64,000 bases of DNA, taken from NCBI RefSeq assembly GCF_009914755.1, contig NC_060925.1. One strand, given 5' to 3'. The notes under the pieces are model-generated. The model saw nothing but the letters and a program-made list of their open reading frames with translations. It searched no databases and was not told where the DNA came from. This document shows, one piece after another, positions 43,061-56,900 of the stretch. The position numbers were made by a program, and so were the translations under genes. Source of the DNA: the human T2T-CHM13v2.0 reference genome, Homo sapiens. How positions within the stretch are numbered: the first letter of the stretch is position 1; each line of letters opens with the position of its first letter.

Positions 43061-43700
43061 TTGCTGGGGCACAGAAAACAATTCCCCAAAATATGGTGCT
43101 TCAGCATGATGAATGCTTGGAAAACTGAAAGGTCTCAGAAATAAGCCTCAGAACCAGTCTGTCTCTGACCTTCCCCTGCCTCCCTGTCTCTCTGATCCTC
43201 TTTCCTGAAGCAACTGGGGGGATTCTCTCTGGAATTTTCTTATCTAAGGAAGCTTCTTTCCAAATGAAATGCAATTGTCTCAAGAATCCCTCCCTAGGAC
43301 TCTCATCAAATAACGAGAAAAAAAATGAGCCATCAGAGAAGAGTAGAGACAGGGGTCCTCACCACACCCAAACAGACTTTTCTTCTGTTCTTCTGAGGAC
43401 AGCTGAGAGATTAACTGGGGGACTTTATCTAGATACTATGCAAAGAGAATCCTTTACCAATCATTGTCTAAGCACTGGACCTCTTCATTCCCTAGTATTC
43501 CTCTACCCTAAGAAGAGGGTATTTAAGCTTCAACCACCTGTCCCCTTTCATATTTTGTATGGCTCCTGTGCACACACGTACACATAATAAAATTATTATG
43601 CTTTTCTGTTGTTAACCTGTTTTTGTTTTTTTTTAACCCGGGGTGTCCGCTGTAACCCTTTATGATGGGGAGGAAAGGATCACCCCTTTCTGCCCCTACA
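43061..43700 (+). mobile_element. Solo LTR (MER39/MER34-group ERV1, tentative), antisense to EDEM3
   Basis: tgctggggcacagaaaacaattccccaaaatatgg start, aataaa at ~43586, ...cccctaca end. Confidence 0.7.
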
Positions 43701-44129
43701 ATGCATATATGTTCACCCTGATTAGATGGGATTACTTGACTCTGAAAGTTTACATTCTTAGGGTTTTTTTTCCGGAGGGGAGGATCAGCAGGGGGTGGAT
43801 TGAGGAATTCCACACAATCTCTGTCTTCTAAGCTGTGAAAAAGGTACAATTTAATTAGGCAATTAGGGAAACCAATGGTGCAGACCAAAGAAAGAAGGTA
43901 GCTGGCTACTTACAGCTTATTTATCCTAGGTTCCCTAAATTCAAGAGAGAACAAAAAGAAAAATCTCCAAGTTTCTTTCTAGATTGTATTATTCCAGATT
44001 AGAAGGAGAGGAAAAGGTGTAGGGTTGTTTTACCTGGTAATGAAGATTGTGCTTGTGATAAAAAACTCTCCTAGGGTTACATATACGATATTATTTTGGA
44101 AATCTAGCTGATGTAATCGGACAAGAAAG

Positions 44130-45890
44130 TAGAATAATCAATGTAAATATAGAAAAAGATCAAATTATTTGTATTTTCAGATTGTGATCGTACACTGTCA
44201 AAGCAACTTTAATAAAAAAATACTATTAGAATTGATAAAAAAAATTTGGTAAGAAGACTATGCAAATACCAATAACTCCTTTGTAGTAACAATAAATAGT
44301 TAAAATATAATCATTAAACCTTTTCATAATAAAAAGCTACAAAACATAGAATTAAATTTATTATAAAAGGTATAAGACCCACGTTGCTTAAATAAAATCA
44401 TAATGAGAACATAAAACAAGATTTGATTAAATTTATAGGTATATTCTTAAATGAAGTCTTAATATTTAACATTTTCCTAATTTATATGTAAAGTATGCAA
44501 TTATATAATTTCAAAATGAATCTCATTTGTACTTCTTGTTTTCGTTTTAGAACCAGATACAATTAATTTAAAGTTTCTATGGAACAGCATATGTCAAAGA
44601 GAAGCCAAGAAATTCTAAGAATCAGTGAGGGGAGAGTTGCCCTATCAGATAATAAAATATACTCAAAACAGCAAACTTTTATTATTGGCAAAGGAATAAA
44701 CACATTAGTAGAAGAGAAGGGTAAGTCTAGAAGCAGATCCAACTATGCAAGAATATTTGATATATAGCAAAGATGGTAGTTTAACTGAAGGAGAAATGAG
44801 TGGTTTGCTTCATAAATGGTATTTAGTAACTGACAACTCAATTGGAAAGACTCCTAACTTTTATTTTAAAATTCCATATGATTTAGAGACCAAAATGTAA
44901 AAAATGGTAAAAATGCCAGAAGAATTTAGGAAAATATTATGTAAAAACAGGATGGAGTGATCTTCTGAAGTGAGACAGAAGACCCAGGAGCCTCAAAGGA
45001 ATTAATATTTCTGATTACCTAAAAATGTTATGAAAGTTACATAAACAAAGTGAAAAGATGACATGTTGGGAAAATTGTGTGTGTGTGTGTGTAACCTCTG
45101 TCCCTATATGTGTGTCTTTTCTAGATAATTTATAGAACCTCTATTTCTTTATGAGTATGTATGTAAATATAGGAAATGCGCACACACACAAACAGAGAGG
45201 TCCTATAAAATATCTAGAAAAGACACAGAATCTTATTTAAAGAAGGCAAAATGCAAAACATATGACTAGGCAATCCATAAAGAGAAAAAACAAAAAATAT
45301 ACCTATAAAGGGAAATATGCTGACTAAAATAGGAAGAAACATGTACTCTCATATCTTGCTGGAAAGGATGTGAATTGCTACAACCTTTTTTGGAATGCAA
45401 CTTGCAACATCCATTAAAATGAAAACGACCCATATACTTTCTGCCAGCATTTCATTTTAGTAAATCTCAATATTCTAGAAAAAGTATGCATATCTAAGAA
45501 GATATGTACGAGAATGTTACCTACACCATTGTATACAGTGGCAAAACAAAAACCTGGAAATAATTTGGACGCCTAATAGTGACATGGTTAAATAAATTAT
45601 GGTACAGTGATAATGCAAAACATAATGCAGCTTTCAAAAGAATAAGTTATGCTATCCTACTAACTTGGAGGAATGTCTTTAATATAGCTTTAACTGTAAA
45701 AGGCAAGTTACTGAATGATACATATATTTAGAAATGTATAAAGCACTAAGAAGAATATAAAAGATTACACATCAAACTGCTAACATTGGTTGGTTATCTC
45801 AGAAAGATGAGAGATTATTTAAAAGTTTTTAATACACTTCTGGATTGTTTAATTTGTTACAAGTTTAATTTTATAAAGTTTTTAAAAAGA
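44130..45890 (+). mobile_element. Ancient L1ME-like fragment
   Basis: Degenerate ORF2/3'UTR motifs (ttgccctatcagataataaaatatact; aataaattatggtaca). Confidence 0.6.
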
Positions 45891-47704
45891 TACCAATAAC
45901 TATTCTATGCAGCACTATAGGAAAGTCACCAGGGGCCAACTAAATTTAAATGTAGAGAAGCAGAGAGAGAGACAGAGACAGAGAGAGAGAGACAGAGAGA
46001 AGAACTTTGAAGAAGATGCCCATGGAAGAAAATATTTTGGTTTTCGCAAGCTGAAGGAGCTATAGAACCAGAAATAAAAGCAACAATCAGGAAAGTAAAA
46101 ATGGCAGTTAGAGAACTACAAAAAGATAGAAGAGTTAAAGTCTGCCACATTGCTACAAATCTTGATCCTAAGGTGCCTGTTTTCACCAGTATGTGAGATC
46201 AAAGTCGTAAGAGCATAACAACCACAATATTAAATTCAGGAATGGTACATCAGAAACACAGAAAGAATGGAGAAAATCTCAAAATACAGAGAAACAAAAT
46301 CAGTATGTTTTAATAATAAAAGAGGAAGTGAACCTTGGCAAAGACTTAGAGATTGGATGTTTTAGAACCATTCATTCATTCATTCATTCATTCATCTGTA
46401 CATTAAATGTTTACTGAAAGCAAGGAATATAGAGATGAGAAGCAGGTAAAGAACTATTTAACTATCATAGTAGAACTGTATTAAAAGGACACCCTTAAAT
46501 TTTACCTAGGAGGTGGCATTTGAAATTTAGGATATCTAAATGTTCTCAAAGAGGAAAAGGGCCATGGGAGAGGAAAAGGGATTGATAGGGAACTTCCAGA
46601 AAAAGGGAAGAGATGGCGCAAATGTGAAAATGCATGAGAAAACATGTCTTGGATGGAGAAGGGAAGGTTAAGTATCAATTCTGCTAAGAAGAATGTTTCA
46701 GATGTTTCTCTCCAGGTAGAGTTCATCTGCATATGTACTAGATTTTTCTCCTAGGAATCAAATCCTTTCCAACAGCAACTTAAGGTGTGCAGTTCAGCTG
46801 TAGAACAGATTCACACCAATCAAATTCAGTGGGGGATAATCAGGAAAAGTGACCCTGCCTGACTTAAATCAGAGCATTGCAAATGATGGAACCTTTTTTT
46901 TTCTTTCCTCCATTTTCTCTGTCTGGCTCTTTACCAGATAGAGACAAATACAGTTGCTTGAAAGCATTTGTCTAGAGCCCTTAAGGCACTATAGGCTTAC
47001 ACTCTAAGCTGCAAGCATGACAATGAATTGGAACTTAAAAATGCTGATGTTTTTTTCCCTGTGACAAATACTATTGAAAAAAGGAAATTTACTCTTAATT
47101 GTAAACTGCTTCAATTTGGACCTAAAGGTAACAAAACATTGCCTTTTGTTTGTGGGCACACGGTTGGAATAATTAAGTACCTTTACAAACTGAAATTTTG
47201 GAAAAATGAAACACTGAGAGATATGATATTGAAAATTCTGTTCAACAATAGACTGTGGATAGCTTAACTTTCAGAAGTGTCACAGGTTTGACCTAAGGAA
47301 GCAACATCACTTGATAAAATGCTAATGCTTTTTGGCTTCTAAATGTGTATTAAGATGACCAGAAAATTTCTGCTAGCAGAACAGTTTCAGATACATCTAT
47401 ACTAATGGCATGGACTTATCAGAAGAAGAAGACAGGAGTGAAGGCTTTTTAAGGGCTTCTATTTTCTGTATTAAATATGAAAAGGACTTCTTAATCAGCA
47501 TTGTGTGACTTCATATGGAAAAATACGTATTTGTGGAATGACATTTCTAGAAAAGGCAATCTGGAGAACATTTTATTGTTCAGATTTTAAGGATGTTGTT
47601 ACTTAGTGTACTTATATAATCTGTTAACTAGTACCTGTAATGGTACAATATGGCCTGATACATAGCTGGGAGACAAAAAAGGGGTGCTTTCTGAATCTTG
47701 TTCA

Positions 47705-47895
47705 ATATTTCTCAAAGTGTAGCTGAGGAAGCAGCTACAACACAATCACCCGGGATGTTTGTTTGAAGTTTCAGATTCTGATTCCCAATCATAAAGTCTG
47801 AATCAGAAAGTCTGATTGAATATTTGGAGCAGGACTCAGAAGCCAACACTTCTAACAAGTGTATCTGTTGATTCTGATGCAGGGGAGAAACACTG
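47705..47895 (+). mobile_element. MER5-like hAT MITE
   Basis: tttctcaaagtg...ctgaatcagaa...gattctgatgca...gagaaacactg. Confidence 0.65.
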
Positions 47896-48685
47896 ATGTA
47901 TGTAGTAATGGTATAGGACAAATGATAACCGCTACAGACTGTGTAGCTTCTTAGGATATCCTAAGTGAATACATTTGTTGATTTCATAACACTATTACCA
48001 TTGATTTCTGTTACATTAATAAATATTAACAATTAGACTGTATCTTGTTGCTAATTAATATAGCTGTACAGTTCTATAAAGAGCTATTACACAAAAAGGG
48101 GGCTTTTCAATACTTTTATCAAAAGATCACTCTATAACAATCACAGTTCAATAAATTTATAGACTAAAGTTTTCAAAAAATATCTTTTAAATAATGCCCT
48201 TTTAATGCAAGGTCCTTAAGGGGATACTGTTCACCAAGAATTCTTATTTTCTGGTAGAATTAATCATGTCTCATAACCTTTCTCTGGTACAGGAAGCACA
48301 TGCTGTACCATAATCCTGTAGTCCTAACCCATGTACCATACACACACATGAGCTTTTAAAACAAGTCAATACTTTAAATATTTTACATTGTGTTCAAATA
48401 AAATGTGATCAAAGTAATAAATACTAAAACAACAATGCCTTTGTTAGAGTGACTCTTGTATGGACATAGACATAGAATTCATCTATTGTATGGGATGTAT
48501 AATTATTAGAATTTAAAATTATTATGTGACTGCTGACTAGACATGAAAATAATCTAATTACGTTACACAAGATATTATCATGGTATCCACTGAAACAAAA
48601 TTATATATGTACTTGAGTGTGTGTACACACACCCAAATACATATATACGTATATAATTTAAGGCTTGTTAATGCAAGATACTTAC

Positions 48686-48733
48686 TACTATTAATAATGT
48701 AGCTTGGAATCATTTTACCTTTTAATATTGCTG
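48686..48733 (-). CDS. EDEM3: Candidate EDEM3 48-nt in-frame cassette exon (DR-AAILKGKMIPSYIINS-N-PEM)
   Basis: Pyrimidine tract + atttcag|CAGCAATATT...AATAGTA|gtaagt (consensus donor). Length 48 nt, phase 1/1, no stop in the EDEM3 frame. Confidence 0.8.
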
Positions 48734-49999
48734 CTGAAATTCCAGTGGTAGCACAAAATAGGGGGAAAAAAAGCAAATGCATTAAAGAGTTACAAGAAAT
48801 AATAATTTGCCTATGTTAGATGTGCCTAAATGCATATATGTAGGCAAGAAGATCTGAGTTTAGAAAAGGGCCCAGGAAAAAAAAATCAGGTATACAGAGG
48901 ATTTAAGACTAGAAAACCTTTGTATTCTGTTCTGTTTCCATCTATACATTGTTATATACAAACAACCTACTTGCTCACTCCATTGCTCATAAATAATTGA
49001 CATTTCAAAGAATCTCAAAGAAGAATAAAGCAATACAAGAAGACAAAATTAGGCTAGCATGATTATGCTAGCATGATTATCACCGAACATTTTTTTTTAA
49101 ATGTCCCACTTGGAAGTCACATTGAATTGAATCAGTTTCCTACATATCTGTCAAACACCCCAGGGGATGTAACAACCCTGTACTATTATGCAACTTCATC
49201 TATTTAAGGGTATGGGAGAACTTTAGCTCTCTCTTCAGGTCTCTCCAGCAGACAGGAAAGACTGCTACCACAAGCAAGATCTGAAGGCTCACATTCCCTC
49301 ATTTCTCCTCTATCCCTGGGTGTGAAACTATGTAAGAATACTAGTAAGGCCTTGCATTTATATTGTAATTTGGGTTTCAAAGACATTTCAAATTACTAAC
49401 AAACATTTTGGCCTACAGAGGACTATCTACTCTCATAAATTAAGACATGCTATCTTGTTTTTCAGAAACAGCCATTTGTAACTCTTATATCCATGTGATA
49501 AACTTAGATCTCATTGGGAAGAAGCTGCTAGATTTCTATTGCCTTCACCAAGACAGCAGTCATTTGATTATAGGTGGCCTGTTGAGACTAACTACTATGA
49601 TATTGTATACAACATTCTATATATGTCTTCTCATTCCTTATAAAAGACATGTAAGATGTAGTATCAGTGAAATCAAATTGTGAACATTTCCGGATGTTAA
49701 AATGGCTTTCCTGAAGCAGTCTCTTGTATTTTTATCACCTGAACAGACTCAGGGCAAAAATTACAAATCACACATAAAAACATATGTCTAAAAACATCCT
49801 AACTCAGAAAACAAAGCAAAATAAATGTTTTATTATTCTTATTTCCAAAAGAAAAATATATTTTGAAATCATCTTCTAAAAGTTTTACTTGTTTTCACAG
49901 TGAACCCCCCAAAACAATTTTTTGTGACTCATTCTTGTTATCAAACTAGCAAAATTAATATTACGCTGCATAAAAAAACAAATGGTATTTTACTCTTAC

Positions 50000-50185
50000 C
50001 TCGATCTTTTGCTTTATCAGAGAGGAGCACTTCTACCTCCTCATATTCCCGGATGGCATCCAGTATGATACTTCCTTCTTTGCTGAATAAGAACAGCATG
50101 GGGATCTTGATGTCATCTGTATCCTTTCCATCACCTGCCATCTGGAACAGAGGGGCAGTATCACTGCTGCTCCCCTCATTGTCAT
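50000..50185 (-). CDS. EDEM3: EDEM3 penultimate constitutive exon ([20 protein letters not shown]...[11 protein letters not shown]...KAKDR), end of PA domain
   Basis: ttctggctag|ATGAC...GATCGAG|gtaaga; 186 nt, phase 1/1. Confidence 0.96.
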
Positions 50186-51561
50186 CTAGCCAGAAAATAA
50201 ATACAGCAAACATCAAAATATCCAGCCATTAAAAAGATCTATCTACTAATTGTTACTGATTTTTTACAATGACAGAATTAATTTTATGCATCAAGAACCA
50301 TAAAAACCAACATAATTTTTGGACCCATTAATTCTCATAGAAACGTATCCAAAGGAAATAATTCAAAAGTAGCGAAAAGCCCTATGCCCAAATAATTTTA
50401 CTAGACTATTTATAATTGTAAACAACTGTACACCATTATAAGTAAATTATAATGACCTACTTGATAGGACACACAGAATAATAATACATTTAAAAAGTAG
50501 AATACAGAATTCTATGATTATGACTATAAAAATTTCATATGCTTATGGAAAAGCCTAGAAAGGAAAAAATCAATGACTCGGATTACAGTGATAGAACTAT
50601 GAATGAATTTTATTGTTGAAAATTTCCACTACTGGCATGATTACATTGTTTTACCAAACTAAAAATGGACATTTCTTTTTTATATAATGCACACAAAGAA
50701 TAGTTATGACTATAGTGCTTCTTCCTCTATAAGCTAAACTAAACAGTATTGCTATTTTGCATTGGTTAAATAATAGTAGTAGAACTATTAATAGTAGTAG
50801 TACCAGCAACATGCTGTTTTACTGAAGACGACAATCACGACCACCTCCAAATCGCATGCCAGTCTCCCAGAAGAAACTATCTGTCCTGTCTCAGGGTGCT
50901 CACTCTCATAGGACCTGCTAAGTGCAGAATGCATGACCCATCCTCTTGGTAATAATTGATTAGACAAAAGATGGCTACCTGACCCTGAGTCTCTCTGGGG
51001 GACCTGGAACTGGCACACAGAAAGACTGTTTCAGTTAGCAGGGGGTAATAGTCCAGTTGAATGACACAGACTTAGGGGCTGAGGCTGCAAACTAGAATGG
51101 CCATTTTGGAACTGAGGAACAAAGAGAGAGAAGGCTGGTGAGAAGCTGGAAAATGAAGCAGAATTGCAAAGAGAAGCAGGGAAGAAAAGTTCAGAAGGAC
51201 CCAGAGGTAGAGATACAGAGAGAAAAGTGAAAAACATTCACTATCATGGATCCTGGTGATTTTTAGTTCCCACTTCTACCTCCTGGTGAATCCTAGTTGT
51301 ATTTGTACTGTTTAATTCACTAAAAATAATCCATTTCTGTGTAGTGAAAAAACCTCCCTTCTTAAACCAACGTAATTATCTCCTGCAGCCACATGATTTC
51401 TAAGATAATTCGTATTTCTAACCCTTGCAACAAAAAACAGCTAATTCCTAATTTATTCATTTATATACAATTAAAACAAAAACAAAATGCTTTGTCAGAA
51501 ACAAAAAACTCAGGAGAAAGAAGTCAACACAAGAAAGTTTCTCATTAAAAATTAAATTTTT

Positions 51562-51837
51562 GGCTGGGTGCGGTGGCTCATGGCTGTAATCCCAGCACTT
51601 TTGGAGGCCAAGGCAGACCACTTGAGGCCATGAGTTTGAGACCAACTTGGCCAACACAGCGAAACCCCTTCTCTACTAAAAATACAAAAATTAGCCAGGC
51701 TTGGTGGCACGTGCCTGTAATCCCAGCTACTCAGGAGGCTGAGGCATAAGACCTACTTAAACCTAGAGGTGGAGGTTGTAGTGAGCCAAGATCATGCCAC
51801 TGCACTCTAGCCTGGGTGACAAAGCAAGACTCTGTCT

Positions 51838-51870
<33 letters not shown>
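51562..51870 (+). mobile_element. Alu (S-like), antisense to EDEM3, long poly(A)
   Basis: Full dimer with ~30-nt A tail. Confidence 0.93.
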
Positions 51871-51875
<5 letters not shown>

Positions 51876-51963
51876 AGAGTAAGGATCATCATCTCTTATT
51901 TATTTATCCACAGAACCCAGTATACCATTTTCCAACTAATAGCTACCAAAAAAAACATTTGAC

Positions 51964-52278
51964 GGGCCAGGCTTGGTGGCTCATGACTGTAATCCCAGCA
52001 CTGTGGGAGGCCAAGGCAGGCAGAACACCTGAGGTCAGGCGTTCAAGACCAGCCTGGCCAACATGGAGAAACCCCATCTCTACTAAAAAGAAAAAAATAT
52101 ATATAAAAATTAGCCAGGCGTGGTGGCAGGCACCTGTAATCCCAGCTACTCGGGAGACTGAGGCAGGGAGAATTGCTTGAACCTGAGAGATGGAGGTTGC
52201 AGTGAGCCAAGATCACGCCACTGCATTCCAACCTGGGTGACAGAGCAAGACACCATCTCAAAACAAACAAAACAAAAA
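51964..52278 (+). mobile_element. Alu (S-like), antisense to EDEM3
   Basis: Full dimer. Confidence 0.93.
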
Positions 52279-52529
52279 TTGACAATTATTGCATACTATA
52301 GAAGATCATGAGAATTAGACTTCACTGAAAAATATAAAAAACCAAAATACTACACAAAGAAATATTTTTAAACATTAATGCATAAATTCTACACTTTATA
52401 CTTTACATTTTCATTTTGAAGTCTTGGTAAGAACTGTTCAAAATGATAGTGATGGTTAATATAATAAATTCTGCAATAAAACTAATCTAAGTGTGGGAAA
52501 TACCCAAGGATAAAGAGCATGATTTAAGT

Positions 52530-52750
52530 CAGGGGTCGGCAAATCTCTTCTGTAACTGGCTAGATGATGAATAAATATTTCAGGCTTTGTAGTTCTCTCC
52601 TGTAAGTACTCAACTCCATCACTGCAGTTCAAAGCAGTCATAGACCATACACAAACAAATTGGCATGACTGTGTCCCAATAAAACTTTTATTTACAAAAA
52701 TGGGCAATGAGCTGGATTTGGCCTATAGTCTTGTAGTTTGCCAACTGCTG
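52530..52750 (+). mobile_element. MER58A-like hAT MITE
   Basis: TIRs caggggtcggcaaa / tttgccaactgctg; perfect 8-bp TSD ATTTAAGT (52522-52529, 52751-52758). Confidence 0.88.
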
Positions 52751-53831
52751 ATTTAAGTCATTAAACAGGACTTCTCCTAATGTTTATTAATAAAATTTAT
52801 GCATCCATTAAATCAACATAATAAGTGTTAATATTCTGTTTTACCTGAACTATTTTTTTTTATTTACCTTAACTATTGGGCGGCAGGGGAGGGGGGAATC
52901 CAAAATGGATTTCCCTGTGAGAGAAGCTGTACAAAAGAACTCACAATCAGCATATTGTGAGCCCAGGTCTTACAGTTCTTTCTGAATGTAAACTCCTATT
53001 TACTTTAAAACAGAAAAATTTATATTTCCCCTAATAGTCATGGCCTGTTTATCATGATATAAGTGATTGTCTATGAAAGATAAAAAAGCAAAACCCACTA
53101 GTTGATACATATAGGTAAGATGATTTAAAGGTGGTAACTTGTCATTTCGGTAGAAAAAGATCCAAGGGGATAAAGATCTGCTAGCAATACTGTAAACCCT
53201 GTTATAGTAGCACTTATCCTATGTCTGCTATTATGCCAAGAAATTTTATATATCTTTAAACCTTACAATCACCTAAAATATATTTATTATCACTTCCACT
53301 GGAGCTCAAAAATATTCTACTATCAAATAAAAAAAAATTATACTATTTAATCTACAGATTAAAAAACTGAAGCTAGGCCAAGGTTACACTGCAATTTTGT
53401 GGTAGAGCCAGGAACTGTACTCTCATGTGTCTGCCTCCAAAGCCTGCATCTTTGTGGAGTAATGGAAATTTTCAATGGCTCCCCACTGGACGTGGCACAG
53501 TGTAATTCTTGCCCTTCGGGGGTTATGGATCTCATGGGCACCTTTTCTTATCCATGGTACTGAATTTTTTTACTACTCAGCCCTACCTCACCCTCACACC
53601 TAAACCCAAGTATTTTCACTGACATTAATATACAGAAATTCAAATCTAGACTTTTAAAAAAGATGTTAGATATCTAGAAATTAAAAGTCATTGGATTACC
53701 TATCCTTGTTGTCTAGGTGAGGTAAAAAAAACTATGACAAACTCTTTGATAAAATTTTAGAAAATAAAAGGGAAAAAATCCTAAAAATTATCTCCCCTTC
53801 AGTCAACACAATGACATGGATGATTACTTAC

Positions 53832-53997
53832 CAATAACAATGCCACCAATGGCTCCAGCATTCTGGATGTTGCGTGCCTTTTCTGCAAACATGCACTGTC
53901 CTCTTTGTATCAGTGCGATTTTTCCCATCACTGCCTCTGGGTTAGTAAGCTCTGAACAACCATTGGATGGTTTACTGCTTGCAACAAATCCTCTTGT
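53832..53997 (-). CDS. EDEM3: EDEM3 exon, PA (protease-associated) domain core ([55 protein letters not shown])
   Basis: tttctgacag|ACAAGAGGA...GTTATTG|gtaagt; 166 nt, phase 0/1. Contains the PA-domain signature IALIxRGxCxFxxKA..AGA.G.IV. Absent from the ORF track because it is short. Confidence 0.96.
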
Positions 53998-55341
53998 CTG
54001 TCAGAAATAAAAGCAACTTAAATACTTTAATCTTCTCAAATGGCAATCAAGTCATTAAACCTCAATATCTAGAGTTTTAAAAGAACTAGAACTCATTTCT
54101 TTTCTAATGATAACGTATCTAACATATAGTCACCATAAAATATTGTTTTAAACATTTTGCATATCACAGTACTCAACCAATATTTCTAGTGTGCTTTGCA
54201 GTTTATAGAACATTTTTATATAAACTACAAAATCTGTTATTTATAATGACCCTGAGCAAAACAATACAAATAACATTTCCCTTTCACATATGGGGAAATT
54301 GAGACTCAGGTTACGTAATTTGCTCACAATGTTAACACGATGTTACTAAGCAGTAAAGTTGGGACCTGCAGGCAGATTCACTACATTTACAATAGCTGGG
54401 AACTAATTTGAAATGATCATTGGTAACAAGAAAAGTTTTTGAAAGGGGAAAAAATGGACTTAGTCTATATGAATCTGCAAGCAGTTCTTTTTACCAAAAA
54501 AATTAAATCCACCAAGGAACTAATTTTTTTAAACACGTTACTATAAAGATGTTTTAATATCCTTCACTCTACTAAAATGTAAATTCCATAAGGGCATGGA
54601 TCTTCATTGGTTTTGTAAACTGATACAGCAAGCAGTGCACAGAATATAGTAGGCACTCAATCAACAGTTGAATGAATCAATCAATCTATATAGCTTCTAC
54701 ATAGTTTAAAATATACATGAGAAAAAAGTCTAAATTAGCAGTAATAGAGTGAAAAGAGCATTGGCTTTAGATTGTCACGATACTTGGGCTCTGGTCCCAG
54801 CTCTGCAATCAATTAGTTAGATAACTTTGTGAATTGCTTAGTTATGTAAGTCTTTGTTTTCTACGTTATAACTATGTTACAACTATAGAGGATGGACTAG
54901 CTAAATGATCTTCAAAGTTTGCCCAGTGGAACCTCAGGGTCCCAGGCTTTCTCCAGTCACTTGAGCCAGAGCTTCTGTGCTTTTAGCTGTTTTCTACATT
55001 AAGCTCCTGGTTTAGACTTTTGTTCAAAGAAAGGTTCTAGTGGCTCTTAGAAAGTCTGAAAACCATTTTTAGATCAATTACAGGTATTAAATTAGAGAAG
55101 AGACCAAGAAATTGAATAGAACCTGAATAATATTTTAGTTAAAATTCTGTAAGCATATTATATACATAAATTATGACTCAAAGTTTTCAAGACATGCTTT
55201 TACTTTACTTAAATCCAGGAGATTGACTATTTCAGTTTTTTAAATAAATTAAAACTACTAAATTAGAGAAGAGACTAAGAAATAAGGCAATACTTAATAT
55301 TTTAAATTCAGTTTCAACAACTATATTTTAAGTATACATAC

Positions 55342-55533
55342 CTCTTTATGTTTAGACAGATCCAGCCCAAACTGAGCTGGTCCAGCAGTCAATACTACCC
55401 TGCCAAAAAATGGGTGGGAAACAATTTGTACAGCTCGTGGAGGCAGCTGCTGTTCTTTTTGTTGCTGACTTGACAATTCAATCATCTCCTGCATGAACCT
55501 CAACCCATCTTCAGCGTCGATTGAACTAGCAGC
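55342..55533 (-). CDS. EDEM3: EDEM3 exon ([64 protein letters not shown])
   Basis: ttttcatag|GCTGCT...AAAGAG|gtatgt; 192 nt, phase 0/0. Confidence 0.96.
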
Positions 55534-55899
55534 CTATGAAAAAAACAAATTCATTTTATCCTTCCTTTCTGGAAACTTCCACCAATTTTTTGATTTCCTA
55601 AAGACACTGTACTGTAGTATTCTACTCTACAACTTCTTCTTTCACTTTAGGTCACCACCAAGTATTTATGACCTTATTTGTACTCAAAAATAATACTTTC
55701 AGAAATAGTATTTCTGAAAATAACTTATCCGTATTTTTTATCAATGTCACTTTCGCTATTCTATAAACCACTTTTGATTCAGATTGAGAACTGGACTTCT
55801 AGCGAATGCTCAAATGCTCACTTTGCTTATTCTCCCCACTGGCTTTCCCTCTGAAGAAATAAACCTCATACCTGACCCACACTTTCCCTCCTTGAAATA

Positions 55900-56900
55900 G
55901 TGAACAACCAGATTCAATTTGATTCAAAACATATCTGTGAAGCACTTATTCCATCTCAGCACTTGCCTAGGCATTGGAGAGACAGTCCTTTAAGAAATTT
56001 GTGTCTGGAGGAGAAAGACATGTAAAGTTAGCTATGATAAAATTTCTCAAGTGGGAAAGTGGAAAAGGAGCACAGATGAGGGAACAATTGATTCTGCTTG
56101 TGTGTACCTGGGAAAGATTTAGAATGACACTTGAATTGAGTCTTAACAGAGGGAAAGTTGAAGAATGACTATAATAGAAAAAAATAAGATGATTCCTGAT
56201 ACTTTACAGGAAAAACCAACAAGACATGATAGAAGTTAGAGGATGGAAAAGGATAAGAGGAACTGGAAGAGAAGAAGAGTTCAAACCTATCCTGAAATTT
56301 CCAGCTTTGATGACTTAAAGAATGATGATAGGTTTTACTGACATGGAGAGCCAAAGAAGGAAACATAGGTTGAGGTGAGGGTAGAAAGAGAGTAAACAAG
56401 AAAGAGATAATTCAAGTTTGGACAGATTGAGATTGAGATGCAAGATGTATGAGAGGTAGATGAAAGTTGAATTTAATAGTAAATTTAGGAATCAGGATTC
56501 ACATACATAGCTAAGAAGTCATATGTATAAAAATGATAGCTAAGCTTGTAGAAATAGGTGACACTGTTGAAGAAGAGTATATAGAGAAAAGAATATCATC
56601 CAGATTCTTGGAAACTGTTTACATTGAGTGGTTGTGCCAAGGAGAGCTACAAAGCAATAAACAGTGAAGTAGAAAAAGAACTTTGTTTCTGAAATATCCT
56701 GGGAAGCCAAAAAGGGAAAATGTTTTATGAAGGGTTCAGCCAATAGTTACAGAAAAGTTAAATCATATAAGGATCAAGAGGCCACTTGGCAGTAATTATG
56801 CCATTGGCAGCCTAAGTAAGTAAAAGCAATGTCACAAGAGATGTCACTCCCACTGAGGCCAAATAAAATACAAGGAAGAAGGAAGAATACTCTTAAAAGA
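55900..56900 (-). mobile_element. Degenerate L2 fragment
   Basis: Purine-rich + strand with L2 antisense motifs (ttcaagtttggacagattgagattgagatg). Confidence 0.5.

Noticed and set aside
49053-49080. Tandem GCTAGCATGATTAT x2 as RBFOX sites near the cassette exon
   Set aside because: GCATG is on the + strand; the EDEM3 pre-mRNA reads CAUGC, so these are not RBFOX elements. It is a simple 14-bp duplication.
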